In this document: positions 10,947-20,349 of the stretch, piece by piece | Layout: each line of letters opens with the position of its first letter | Position numbering within the stretch: position 1 is the first letter of the stretch | Source of the DNA: an uncultured delta proteobacterium | Lineage (GTDB): Bacteria > Myxococcota > Kuafuiibacteriia > Kuafuiibacteriales > Kuafuiibacteriaceae | Direction of reading: 5' to 3' | NCBI GenBank assembly: GCA_963803435.1 | Contig: CAWDML010000009.1 | Coordinates: 64,001-128,000, forward strand | DNA: 64,000 bases | Program-made: the position numbers and the translations under genes | The notes under the pieces: model-generated | The model's input: the letters and a program-made list of their open reading frames with translations, nothing else | Told to the model about the DNA's origin: nothing | The model's database searches: none

Positions 10947-11636
10947 TCAGGGCTCGTAGGTGACGAGCGCGCGCTCTTCCTCGTTCGAGGGCGCCTGACG
11001 ACCGATCAGCGGGGCCAGCAACATGCTGAAGCTTCCGGTGACCAGCCCCGCGATCGAGCCGTGGAAGGCGTCGATCAGCAGCTCTTCGATCAGCGTCGGC
11101 GCCGGCGTCATGAACCAGGTGATCAGCGCCTGCAGGAACACCAGCCCGAAGCCGAAGCCGAAGCCCGCCGAGAAGCTACGCGCCACGCTCCGCATGGCCG
11201 TGCGCATGCGCTTCCGCAGCGAGGGCCGCTTGCCGAGATCGCGCATCCCGCGCACGGCGGCCCGCTCCCAGAGGCGGCGGCCGAAGCGCCACGCAACAGG
11301 GACGGGGAGCAAGAACGCCATCGACGCGAGCCACCCGAAGCCGTGCGCCACTGCGTACAGCGGCATCAGCACGCTCATCCACAGCGCGCCCAGCGCGAGG
11401 CCGAAGTTCGCGCCGAACTTTCCGGTCGCACGCATTTGCTCCCACGCGCCCTTGTCCGCGAGCAAGGCCTTCGTCTCGGGATCGCGTGCGGCATCGACGG
11501 CGTCCGCCTGCGCGATCGATTCGACGCGATCTCTCCAGTGCTTGTGTTGTTTCGAATCGCCGGTGAGGGCGAGGTGGACCATCATCAACGGGCCGACACG
11601 AGCGGGCAGCGGGCGAGCATCCTCTGGGTGTTTCAA
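10947..11636 (-). CDS. Hypothetical integral membrane protein
   Basis: About four hydrophobic segments; start uncertain (TTG 11636 or a later ATG). Confidence 0.65.
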   Translation of the reverse strand: MKHPEDARPLPARVGPLMMVHLALTGDSKQHKHWRDRVESIAQADAVDAARDPETKALLADKGAWEQMRATGKFGANFGLALGALWMSVLMPLYAVAHGFGWLASMAFLLPVPVAWRFGRRLWERAAVRGMRDLGKRPSLRKRMRTAMRSVARSFSAGFGFGFGLVFLQALITWFMTPAPTLIEELLIDAFHGSIAGLVTGSFSMLLAPLIGRQAPSNEEERALVTYEP

Positions 11637-11808
11637 CGAAAGTGCCTTCCGGGGTTCTGGTGAACGTTCTGTGAGCTCTCCATTTATTTATAACCCGGCC
11701 GGCACCGATCTGTTCCCCCCTCCCCCGCGAATGGATCGCGGAGGGAATGTAAGCAAAGGTCGACGCCGGATATGCGGGTCGTCCGGACCCGAGACGCGGG
11801 GGCAGGCC

Positions 11809-12039
11809 TTACTCGGTGACGAGGCGCAGGCGGGCTCGCGAGCGCTCGCTGAGCCACGCGTTCCAGGCGCCGTGATCCTTCAGATCCACGCCCTCGCGAC
11901 GCGCCCGATACTGCAGATGCGACTGCAGATCCTGGAGAAACTCCGAGTCGACGAGCTCGGGATGCTCGAGGAGATGGCTCTGCAGCACCTGGTAGACCTT
12001 CTTGAGATCGGTCGGCTCGTAGATGGTCAGGATGCCCAT
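11809..12039 (-). CDS. Small helical hypothetical protein (76 aa)
   Basis: MGILTIYEPTDLKKVYQVLQSHLLEHPELVDSEFL...GVDLKDHGAWNAWL: natural composition in an otherwise unoccupied gap. Confidence 0.7.
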   Translation of the reverse strand: MGILTIYEPTDLKKVYQVLQSHLLEHPELVDSEFLQDLQSHLQYRARREGVDLKDHGAWNAWLSERSRARLRLVTE

Positions 12040-12110
12040 GGGAAGTGGGACGATACTGCGCGGGATCAGGATTGGGTAGCGCAGAGGTGGCCGGCCGGCG
12101 GGGCAACCCG

Positions 12111-13121
12111 CTACTTCTTGACCCACTCCCGCGTGATCGACCGCGTCCGCTCGGTGGTGGTCTTCACGTCCTCGATCGGCCCGGTCCAGACGGCCTGATC
12201 GTTGAAGGCCGAGCCCGCCGTCTTGAAGCATGGGTTCTGGGGCTCGAAGTCCACCGTGACGCTGTGATCGCCCTTCTCGAGGGTCACCTCGCTCAGCGGG
12301 TGGGGCAGGGGCGGAACCACCGAGTGGACCTCCGCGACTGGGATGAACGCCTGCTTCTGCTCGATCAACCACCGGTCGGGGCGCAGCAGGATGCGAAAGC
12401 CCTCCTGACCGCGGCCGGCGTAGTCGGCCAGGTCGAACGTCTGATCGTCCATCGTCTCCTGGCGGCCTGACGCCAGCGGTCCGTCCTTCGGGACGATCAC
12501 CGCGCTCGGGAGCAGATAACCCAGGATGGCGTCATCGGAGAGGGCGACCTCGACCTTCTTGACGTAGTGCGGGGCCTTCCGCGGCTTCGGCGGATGCAGG
12601 GCGAGCATCGCCTGGCGGACGGCGTCGCCCCCTTCGAGCGTCTGGATCCGGCCGCGGGCGTCGAGGGCGATCGTCAGGCGCTTCCCCAACAACGCGAAGG
12701 GGACGACCATCTCGTACATCACGATGGTATCGGCGCCGCCCTGGATGCGCCGGAGATCGCCGGCTCGCAGGGAGTCGAGCTTGGCGTGGTACGTCTCCCG
12801 GCGCGCGTCGGCCTGGATGCGGGTGACCTCGGCCTCGAAGGTGAGCGGCGCTTCAGTCTGCCTCGCCCGCAGCTCGTAGGTGATCGTGATCTCGTGTCCA
12901 GCCAGGAGCTGTTCGCCGAGCGACTCGGTCATCACCTCCTTGAGCTCGTAGGTGCACACCGCGCCGGGCGTGAGCGGCGTGAACGTCGCCGGCGCGCCGA
13001 CGACGTCGACCGGCACCGGCGGCGGGGCTTCCGGCGGTGGGTCCGGTGGCTTCGGCTCGGGCTCCTTCGGGCAGCCCGCCAGGCAGGCGAGGGCGAGGGC
13101 GATCGACGAAACCGTCCGCAC
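12111..13121 (-). CDS. Hypothetical lipoprotein
   Basis: Lipobox LAGC followed by a Pro-rich linker and a globular domain. Confidence 0.75.
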   Translation of the reverse strand: MRTVSSIALALACLAGCPKEPEPKPPDPPPEAPPPVPVDVVGAPATFTPLTPGAVCTYELKEVMTESLGEQLLAGHEITITYELRARQTEAPLTFEAEVTRIQADARRETYHAKLDSLRAGDLRRIQGGADTIVMYEMVVPFALLGKRLTIALDARGRIQTLEGGDAVRQAMLALHPPKPRKAPHYVKKVEVALSDDAILGYLLPSAVIVPKDGPLASGRQETMDDQTFDLADYAGRGQEGFRILLRPDRWLIEQKQAFIPVAEVHSVVPPLPHPLSEVTLEKGDHSVTVDFEPQNPCFKTAGSAFNDQAVWTGPIEDVKTTTERTRSITREWVKK

Positions 13122-13179
13122 TTGGCCCTCTTACCACGTTTGACCGCCGCGGTGGGCAGACGTTACTCCTGAGGAGCGC

Positions 13180-13992
13180 GTGCTCTCCCTCGTCGTGGCC
13201 CTCCAGCTCGCGATCGCGATCCCGCCCCCGCTGTGCCGCGGTCGGGTCGTCACCCACTACGACCCGCGCAGAGATCAGGACCCCAGCCCGCGCGCCGTCG
13301 CGGAGGTTCAGGCCGCCTACGACGCGCTGTGCCCCAACAAGAACTGCGGCTCGGGCCGCCTCTTCGAGAACTCGACCATCGGCAACAACGCGGTCACCTG
13401 GGTCTCGGGGATCCGCGACGGCGCCGCGACGCAGGCCAAGATCGTCTACTCGGCGCCGTTCCTGGACGGGCTCGACAAGAGCTACGGGCCGGGCGCGTCG
13501 TTTGGTGTGCTCGCCCACGAGGTCGGTCACCATCTCACCGCAGCGCTCTCGCTCCGTCAGGCCTTCGAGTCCTCCTGGAACGAGGAGCTGCGCGCCGACT
13601 ACCTGGCCGGCTGTGCGCTCGGACGCTCGGGCCGCACCTCGCAGGAGCTCGAGAATGCGCTCCGCGCCCTGTCCGCCTACTCGAGCCCGACCCACCCTTC
13701 CTTCCAGCAGCGCGTGCCGGTGGTGCGGAAGGGGTACGACGAGTGTCAAAAGGATGCGCCCAAGATCGAGCAGGCGAAGAAGCCGTTCGGCCTGGGGGCC
13801 CTGGTCCACGCCAAGAAGCGAACCGGTTGCCGTTACCCGTACCGGTTGAGCGCCGACATCGATCGCGTGGGACCGATCGTCGCGAAGCGCCGCCGCTCTC
13901 AGCCCTTCGTCGACGCGGCCACCTGCGAGCACGAGCGCCAGCGCATGACAGAATCTCGAGCCCGGGTTACAGAAGAATGCACCTGTGAGTGA
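13180..13992 (+). CDS. Secreted zinc metallopeptidase (HExxH, M48-like)
   Basis: Signal peptide; LAHEVGHH, ELRADYLAG and THP motifs. Confidence 0.8.
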   Translation: MLSLVVALQLAIAIPPPLCRGRVVTHYDPRRDQDPSPRAVAEVQAAYDALCPNKNCGSGRLFENSTIGNNAVTWVSGIRDGAATQAKIVYSAPFLDGLDKSYGPGASFGVLAHEVGHHLTAALSLRQAFESSWNEELRADYLAGCALGRSGRTSQELENALRALSAYSSPTHPSFQQRVPVVRKGYDECQKDAPKIEQAKKPFGLGALVHAKKRTGCRYPYRLSADIDRVGPIVAKRRRSQPFVDAATCEHERQRMTESRARVTEECTCE

Positions 13993-15232
13993 GCGAAGCG
14001 CGCTCGTCCCGAGCCTGATCGCACTCCTCGGGATCGGGATCGCCGGCGGCTGCGAGGAGCATCCCGCGCCGCCACCGGTCTCCGAGCGCCCGCTGGTCGA
14101 GCCCGACTACCCGGAGCCGATCGGCCCGGAGCCTGCCGTGGTGGTCCAGTACCACGTCGGTGAGATCCGCAAGAACGACGCCTTCTCCTCCGCGGCCAGC
14201 CGGCTGGGGATGACCGCGGTGGAGGTCGACGACATCGTGCGGGCGCTCGACGGGATCTTCGACTTCCGGCGCGCGCAACCCGAGCAGATGTTCGAGATCT
14301 GGCGCGATGCCGAAGGGAAGCTTTCGCGGTTCCGCTACACGGTCGATCGGACGCAGGTCGTGCTGGCGTTCCGCGGTCGCGACGGCCAGCTCCACGGCAG
14401 CGAGGAGCCGATCCCCGTCCACACCGATACTGTCACGGTGGCGGGGGAGGTCGATTACTCCCTCTATCTGGCGATGGAGGCGGCCGGCGAGAGCGCCTGG
14501 CTGACGCTGACGCTGGTCGACATCCTGGCCTGGGACGTCGACTTCTTCAGCGAGACCCAGAAGGGTGATCGCTTCCGCATCGTGGTCGAGAAGAAGTTTG
14601 CAGGCGACGACTTCGTCGGCTACGGCCGCGTGCTCGGCGCCGAGTACCGGATGGTCGACGGCCGAACGCACCGCGCGTTCCGCTACGAGTTCGGCGACGG
14701 CAAGGTGGGCTACTACACCGAGGACGGCAAGGCGGTGCAGAAGGCGTTCCTCAAGTCGCCGATCCGCTTCGCCAGCATCACCAGCCGCTACGGTATGCGG
14801 AGGCATCCGATCCTGAAGTACGTACGGGCGCACCGCGGCGTCGACTACGGCGCACCCATGGGGACCGAGATCTGGTCGGTGGGCGAGGGCGTGGTCTCGT
14901 TTGCAGGGAACAACGGCGGCTACGGACACGTGGTGATGATCCGGCACGCGAACGGCCTCGAGACGCGCTACGCGCACATGCGCGCGTTCGCCCGCGGCAT
15001 CCACAGCGGCGTGCGGGTCCACCAGAAGCAGGTGATCGGCTACGTCGGCATGAGCGGCCTCGCCACCGGCCCGCACCTCCACTTCGAGGTCCTGCGCAAC
15101 GGGCACCACACGAACCCGCTGTCGATGGTGGCACCGCCGGCGCCGCCGATCCCGAAGGAGCTCGAGCCGGACTTCCAGGCCTCGATCGCAGCGGTGCGCG
15201 CCGCGATCGACGAGGGCATGGCGGCGCGCTGA
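13985..15232 (+). CDS. M23 family peptidoglycan DD-endopeptidase (Csd3/MepM-like)
   Basis: HRGVDYG, YAHM and GLATGPHLHFE motifs. Confidence 0.93.
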   Translation: MSERSALVPSLIALLGIGIAGGCEEHPAPPPVSERPLVEPDYPEPIGPEPAVVVQYHVGEIRKNDAFSSAASRLGMTAVEVDDIVRALDGIFDFRRAQPEQMFEIWRDAEGKLSRFRYTVDRTQVVLAFRGRDGQLHGSEEPIPVHTDTVTVAGEVDYSLYLAMEAAGESAWLTLTLVDILAWDVDFFSETQKGDRFRIVVEKKFAGDDFVGYGRVLGAEYRMVDGRTHRAFRYEFGDGKVGYYTEDGKAVQKAFLKSPIRFASITSRYGMRRHPILKYVRAHRGVDYGAPMGTEIWSVGEGVVSFAGNNGGYGHVVMIRHANGLETRYAHMRAFARGIHSGVRVHQKQVIGYVGMSGLATGPHLHFEVLRNGHHTNPLSMVAPPAPPIPKELEPDFQASIAAVRAAIDEGMAAR

Positions 15233-15240
15233 GCGCGTGA

Positions 15241-16356
15241 CTACGCCCAGAGATCGTGCGCACGGGCGCTGACGCGGACGCCGCGGGCCTCATCGCCGTC
15301 GACCAGCAGGGCCTCCTCCGCCAGGTTCACCGTGGGGCACACGTGCCGGGGATAGAGCAGCACCGTCTCGCCGCGCCGGGGGCGCGGGCCGCCGGCCTCG
15401 AAGGGGAGGTGCTCCTCGTTCGGCGTGCAGGCGCGGTGCTCGGGGTGGCCGAGGATGACGGCCACCGGTGAGCCCGCCTCGGCGGCGAGCGCCTTGGAGC
15501 CGGCATCGCAAGTGAACTTGCGCGCGGTCGGATAGCTGACCACGGTGCTGTGGACGGCGGCGGCGGGGAGGAAGTCGAGCTCTTCGAGCTCGCTGTGGGA
15601 GCGGTGATCGAAGTAGACGATGGTCCCGGGCGAGACGCGGTGCTTGATCGCGCGGAACGGCGCGTACTCGAGCGCGGCGGCGTAGCTGGGCGTACCGCTC
15701 GTGATCAGCTCGGGGACGCCGCCGAGGTGGCTCACCAGCTCGACGAGCCGGTCGTAGACGAGAAAGCAGGCCGTCTTGCGCTCGGAATAGCTGCCCGAGT
15801 GGATGTGGCCCTCGTAGGCGTGCAGGCCGCGGAAGCGGGGGCCGGCGCGCTCGGCGACGGCGGCGATGATGGACCGATCCTCGAGCGGCACGCCCGTGCG
15901 GTCCATCCCGCAGTTGACGTCGGCGAAGATGCCGAGGGGTTCGGGGACCGCGAGCTCGGGATCCTCGACCAGCACGGAGGTGCGCGTCTCAGGATGCGCG
16001 CGCGCCAGGGTGGCCAGGCGCTCGAGGTTCGGGCCCACGTGCGGATAGGCGACCAGGAGATCGGCGTCCTCGATCCGCTCGCGTGCGAGCACCGTCAGGA
16101 GCTGCTCCGCCTCGCGCGTGGTCGCGCACTTGAAGCAGCGAATGCCGGCGCGCGCCTCTTCGGCGAACACCTCGGGGATCTTGGCCGTCTTCACGTGCGG
16201 GCGGAGCCGGTCCGGGTCGCCGGCGCGGTCGATCAGACGGGCGAGGTTTTCGCGGACCTGCTCGAGGAAGATCACCAGCGCCGGCGTGAGCAGCCGTTCG
16301 CGGGCTTTCTCCGGGATCCGGTAGCGCTCGGGGGCGAAGGGGACCGGCCGCTCCAT
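15241..16356 (-). CDS. D-threonine aldolase/D-TA family PLP-dependent enzyme (alanine racemase fold)
   Basis: LTPAL, LRPHVKT, GMDRTG, GLHAYEGH, DAGSKA, NEEH and PRHVCPTVNL motifs. Confidence 0.9.
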   Translation of the reverse strand: MERPVPFAPERYRIPEKARERLLTPALVIFLEQVRENLARLIDRAGDPDRLRPHVKTAKIPEVFAEEARAGIRCFKCATTREAEQLLTVLARERIEDADLLVAYPHVGPNLERLATLARAHPETRTSVLVEDPELAVPEPLGIFADVNCGMDRTGVPLEDRSIIAAVAERAGPRFRGLHAYEGHIHSGSYSERKTACFLVYDRLVELVSHLGGVPELITSGTPSYAAALEYAPFRAIKHRVSPGTIVYFDHRSHSELEELDFLPAAAVHSTVVSYPTARKFTCDAGSKALAAEAGSPVAVILGHPEHRACTPNEEHLPFEAGGPRPRRGETVLLYPRHVCPTVNLAEEALLVDGDEARGVRVSARAHDLWA

Positions 16357-16409
16357 CGCTCGAATGAGAGCTGGACCGGCCGGAATTTCGCAAGGTAGCG
16401 TCCGCGCCC

Positions 16410-17084
16410 TTGGAGCGCGAGTTTGCGCATTCGGCCCAGATCGCCAGCGCCCGCCGGGCGATCGCGGAGATCTGCCGGATGATGCACCAGCGGGGCTACA
16501 TCGCCGCGCGGGACGGCAACGTCTCCTGCCGGATCGGAGATAACCGCCTCCTGGTCACGCCCTCCGGGTGCCGGAAGGGCTTCCTCGATCCCTCCGACAT
16601 GGTGCTCTGCGACCTCGACGGCGCGGCTGTGCGCGGCGAGAAGGGCCGCCCCTCGACGGAGATGATGATGCACGTCGCCGTCTACCACGAGCGTGACGAC
16701 GTGAACGCGGTGGTCCACGCCCACCCGCCCCACGCCATCGCGCACACGGTCGCCGGTGTGAGCCTCTCGCTGGCGCTGATGCCGGAGGTGTTCTGCGAGC
16801 TCGGTGAGATCGTCACGATCCCGTACACCACGCCCGGGACGCCCGAAGTACCCGAGCGGTTGAGGGAGCCGATCAAGAGCCACTGCGCCCTGGTGATGGA
16901 GCGCCACGGCTCGATCACCACCGGTGCGACGCTGGCGCAGGCTTACGATCGACTGGAGATCCTCGAGCACACGGCCCGCATCTCCATGCTCGCGCACACG
17001 CTGGCGCCGGGACGGATCAGCGGGCTCCCGGAGGCGCAGCTCGACAAGCTGCGCCGGTTCTTCGGCTGCGGTCTGGGCTGCTGA
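16410..17084 (+). CDS. Class II aldolase/adducin family protein
   Basis: DGNVS, TPSG, PSTE, VVHAHP and MERHG motifs. Confidence 0.92.
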   Translation: MEREFAHSAQIASARRAIAEICRMMHQRGYIAARDGNVSCRIGDNRLLVTPSGCRKGFLDPSDMVLCDLDGAAVRGEKGRPSTEMMMHVAVYHERDDVNAVVHAHPPHAIAHTVAGVSLSLALMPEVFCELGEIVTIPYTTPGTPEVPERLREPIKSHCALVMERHGSITTGATLAQAYDRLEILEHTARISMLAHTLAPGRISGLPEAQLDKLRRFFGCGLGC

Positions 17085-17090
17085 GGCGCG

Positions 17091-18167
17091 CTACTTCTGC
17101 TTGCCCTTGGTCGGCGGGTGACCGCCGCTGGGCGACATGAGCTTCTTGACCGCCTCGAGCCGCTGAGGAATGCCGAGCCGCTGCGCGTAGTCCGGATCCT
17201 CCCGGTTGAGCGCCTCCCAGGCGGCGATCGCCTCGCTCATGCGCTTCTGGTTGCGCATCATGATCAGCCCGAACGTCCAGCGCACCTGGGGGTCCTTGGC
17301 GTCGAGCTCGTAGGCCTTCTCGACCGTCTTGACCGCCTCCTCCTGCTTGTTCTGGGCGAACAGCGTCTCCGCCAGACCGGCCATCGCGCTCGGATCGTCC
17401 GGTCGGATCTTGAGCGCGCGCCGGAACGCGGCCTCGGCGGCGACCCCGTCGTTCTTGTTCACCGCCTCGATGGCCTCGGAGAGGGCCTGGCCGAACTCGT
17501 TGAGCTCGCCGACGTCGTTGCTCGCCTCCGGCGTGCCGCCGGGATGCCCGGGGATCGCGGCGACGCCGGCAGGGGGCGGCGCGTCGGGTGCGATCGGGGC
17601 GGCGCCGTCGTCGGCAGGCTGGCTGGCCGGCTCCTCCGGCGGCTCCTTGGCGGTCCCCAGCTGCGCGTCGAGCTGCTCGAGCGAGCCCCGGACGTAGTTG
17701 GCCTTCGGGTGGTTGGGCGCGACCTGGAGGAAGCGCAACCAGACCTGCCTCAGCTCCTGCTTGGCCCGCTGCGAGTCGTCGCCTTCGATGAGCCGGCCGT
17801 ACGCGAGCAGGCACTCCGGATTGTTTCGATCCTTCTCGATGCAGGACTTGAGCTCCTCGATGCCCGACTTCAGGTAGCCGAGCTCGAAGTACGTGTTGGT
17901 GAGGCCGGCGTTGATGCGGATGTCGTCGAGGCCGTTACGTCGGGCGGCCAGGAAGGTGTCGGCCGCGTCGAAGGCCAGGCCGGCCTCGTGCTGGAGCTGG
18001 GCGAGCTCGAGCAACGTGGCCGCGTCGTTGGGATTCTTCAAGAGGTCGTTCTTCCGCTGCGCGATCCGCTGCGCGAGGCCCGGGTCGGGCGCCTTCGGCT
18101 TCGTGAAGTCCACCTCGCAGGCGAACAGGAGCAGGAGTGCGGAAGCACCGAGGATCGCCCGTGGCAT
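17091..18167 (-). CDS. Tetratricopeptide-repeat lipoprotein
   Basis: Lipobox LFAC; two blocks of TPR-like helical repeats split by a Pro/Ala linker. Confidence 0.8.
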   Translation of the reverse strand: MPRAILGASALLLLFACEVDFTKPKAPDPGLAQRIAQRKNDLLKNPNDAATLLELAQLQHEAGLAFDAADTFLAARRNGLDDIRINAGLTNTYFELGYLKSGIEELKSCIEKDRNNPECLLAYGRLIEGDDSQRAKQELRQVWLRFLQVAPNHPKANYVRGSLEQLDAQLGTAKEPPEEPASQPADDGAAPIAPDAPPPAGVAAIPGHPGGTPEASNDVGELNEFGQALSEAIEAVNKNDGVAAEAAFRRALKIRPDDPSAMAGLAETLFAQNKQEEAVKTVEKAYELDAKDPQVRWTFGLIMMRNQKRMSEAIAAWEALNREDPDYAQRLGIPQRLEAVKKLMSPSGGHPPTKGKQK

Positions 18168-18198
18168 GCCGAACGATCCTCGTCGAACGGATCCGCTG

Positions 18199-18702
18199 TC
18201 AAGGGAGCTCGGTCGCGGGCGCGACCGTCTGGAGCTCGTCGGCGTCGTCGAGCGCCGCCAGCAGCGCCCGCACGGTGTCGCTCGTGCCGGGGATGACCAG
18301 GTCGGGCGCAAGGTCGGCGAGAGGCTGCAACACGAACCGCCTGCGGATCATTTCCGGGTGCGGCACGACCAGCCGCGGGTGCGCGATCCGCTCGCTCCCA
18401 TACAGAAGGAGATCGAGATCGATGATCCGCGGGCCCCACCGCACCGTGCGAACCCGGCCCATCGCGGCCTCGATCGCCTGGAGCGCGTCGAGCAGCGCCA
18501 GGGCCGGGAGCTCGGTCTCGGCCTGGAGGACGCTGTTGAGGTAGTCCGGCTGGTCCTGGGGCCCGAGGGGCGCCGAGCGATAGACGGGTGCGAGGCGTCG
18601 GGGTCGCACCCGCGGCTCCTCGGCCAGCCGGCGTACAGCTTCCGCGAGGTTCTGCGAAGGATCCGGGCCGAGGTTGGCGCCGAGCGCGATGAAGGTTAGC
18701 AC
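18199..18702 (-). CDS. folK: 2-amino-4-hydroxy-6-hydroxymethyldihydropteridine diphosphokinase
   Basis: ALGANLG, QPDYLN, RWGPRIIDLDLL and VPHP motifs. Confidence 0.95.
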   Translation of the reverse strand: MLTFIALGANLGPDPSQNLAEAVRRLAEEPRVRPRRLAPVYRSAPLGPQDQPDYLNSVLQAETELPALALLDALQAIEAAMGRVRTVRWGPRIIDLDLLLYGSERIAHPRLVVPHPEMIRRRFVLQPLADLAPDLVIPGTSDTVRALLAALDDADELQTVAPATELP

Positions 18703-18717
18703 CCCGGTGGAACCTAG

Positions 18718-19749
18718 ATGGAAACGATGGACGTCGTCGAGCTGACCAAGGCGCTGGTCGCGATTCCCTCGATCACCGGTGACGAGGGGCGGATCGCCGC
18801 CTGGATCGCCGGCCGGCTCGAGGCGGACGGCTGGCGGGTCACCCGACAACCGGTTCCGCCCGAGGGCACCGCCACCACGGCGGACCCGCGCATCAACGTC
18901 ATCGCCACCTCGGACGACGACGCGCCGCGCGTCGTGTTGACCACGCACCTCGACACGGTGCCGCCCTTCATCGCGGTCACGGAGGATCGGGACCACCTGT
19001 TCGGCCGCGGCGTCTGCGACGCGAAGGGCATCTTCGCCTCGCAATGGATCGCGGCCGAGCGACTGCGTGCGGCGGGCCATCGCGGCATTGCGCTGGTCGG
19101 CGTCGCCGGAGAGGAGACCGACTCGATCGGCGCGAAGATCCTGTCGAAGGCGCTGCCCCGCGCCGACTTCGTCATCGATGGCGAGCCGACCGACCTCGAG
19201 CTCTCGTCCGGAGCGAAGGGGATCCTGTCGCTCTCGGTGCGCATGACGGGCGTGGCGGGCCACTCCGCGTATCCCGAGACCGGCCGGAGCGCCACGCATG
19301 CGCTGGTCCAGGCGCTGAGCCGGCTGTTGATGTCCGAGCTCCCGTATCACCCGGGCTTCGGCGCCACGACCGCGAACATCGGCGTCCTGTCGGGCGGCGT
19401 GGCGCCGAACGTGATCGCCCCGTCGGCGGAGGCCCGCCTGATGATCCGTCTGGGCGCTCCGAGCGACACCGTGCTGGCCACGGTCGCAGAGCTGCTCGGG
19501 CCCGACGTCGAGATCGAGGTGACCTCGAAGAGCGAGCCGCACAAGATTCACGTGCCGGCCGGCCGGAAGGGCAAGATCGTCCGCTTCGGCTCGGACGTCC
19601 CGTATCTCTCCTCGATCGGCACACCGCTCCTCGTGGGGCCGGGCTCGATCCACATGGCACATACGGCCCACGAGAGGATCCGAAAGGACGAGCTCGCCCG
19701 CGCCGTCGATCTCTATCAACAGCTCGCGATCACCTTGCTCGAGGCGTGA
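18718..19749 (+). CDS. M20/M25/M40 family metallohydrolase (ArgE/DapE-like)
   Basis: HLDTVPP, GRGVCDAKG, GEE, GEPT and AHTAHE motifs. Confidence 0.92.
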   Translation: METMDVVELTKALVAIPSITGDEGRIAAWIAGRLEADGWRVTRQPVPPEGTATTADPRINVIATSDDDAPRVVLTTHLDTVPPFIAVTEDRDHLFGRGVCDAKGIFASQWIAAERLRAAGHRGIALVGVAGEETDSIGAKILSKALPRADFVIDGEPTDLELSSGAKGILSLSVRMTGVAGHSAYPETGRSATHALVQALSRLLMSELPYHPGFGATTANIGVLSGGVAPNVIAPSAEARLMIRLGAPSDTVLATVAELLGPDVEIEVTSKSEPHKIHVPAGRKGKIVRFGSDVPYLSSIGTPLLVGPGSIHMAHTAHERIRKDELARAVDLYQQLAITLLEA

Positions 19750-19770
19750 AGCCAAGGTTATCGAGGCGCC

Positions 19771-20349
19771 ATGAGCATCGTGATCAACCGGGTCTACACC
19801 GGCGTCGGTGACGCCGGGACGACGCGCCTGGCGGGCGGCCAGGAGATCGACAAGACCGACGTGCGCATCGAGGCCTACGGGACGGTGGACGAGCTCAACG
19901 CCGTGCTCGGGGTGGTGGCGGAGACGGACGGCATCGACGAGGCGCTGCTCGGCAAGCTGCGCCGGATCCAGAACGAGCTGTTCGACCTCGGGGGCGAGCT
20001 CGCCACCCTCGCCGAGGATCGGCACCCGAAGCAGGCGCTGATCGGCGAGGACGCGTCGCGCCGACTCGAGGAGGACATGGATCAGGCCAACGAGAAGCTC
20101 CCCACGCTTCGCTCGTTCGTGCTGCCCGGCGGGGGGATGCTCTCCGCCCGGCTCCACGTGGCGCGCACCGTGTGCCGGCGCGCGGAGCGACGCCTGGTGG
20201 CGCTGCACCGCGCCAGCGAGCAGCGCGCCGAGTCGCTCAGGTACCTCAATCGTCTTTCGGACTGGCTGTTCGTGATGGGCCGCGTGGCCGTGGTGGCGGC
20301 CGGCCAATCGGAGGTGCTCTGGGTACCGGGGATCAGCCGGGACCCTTGA
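19771..20349 (+). CDS. ATP:cob(I)alamin adenosyltransferase (PduO type)
   Basis: VYTGVGDAGTT, AYGTVDELN, FVLPGG, RTVCRRAER and YLNRLSD motifs. Confidence 0.93.
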   Translation: MSIVINRVYTGVGDAGTTRLAGGQEIDKTDVRIEAYGTVDELNAVLGVVAETDGIDEALLGKLRRIQNELFDLGGELATLAEDRHPKQALIGEDASRRLEEDMDQANEKLPTLRSFVLPGGGMLSARLHVARTVCRRAERRLVALHRASEQRAESLRYLNRLSDWLFVMGRVAVVAAGQSEVLWVPGISRDP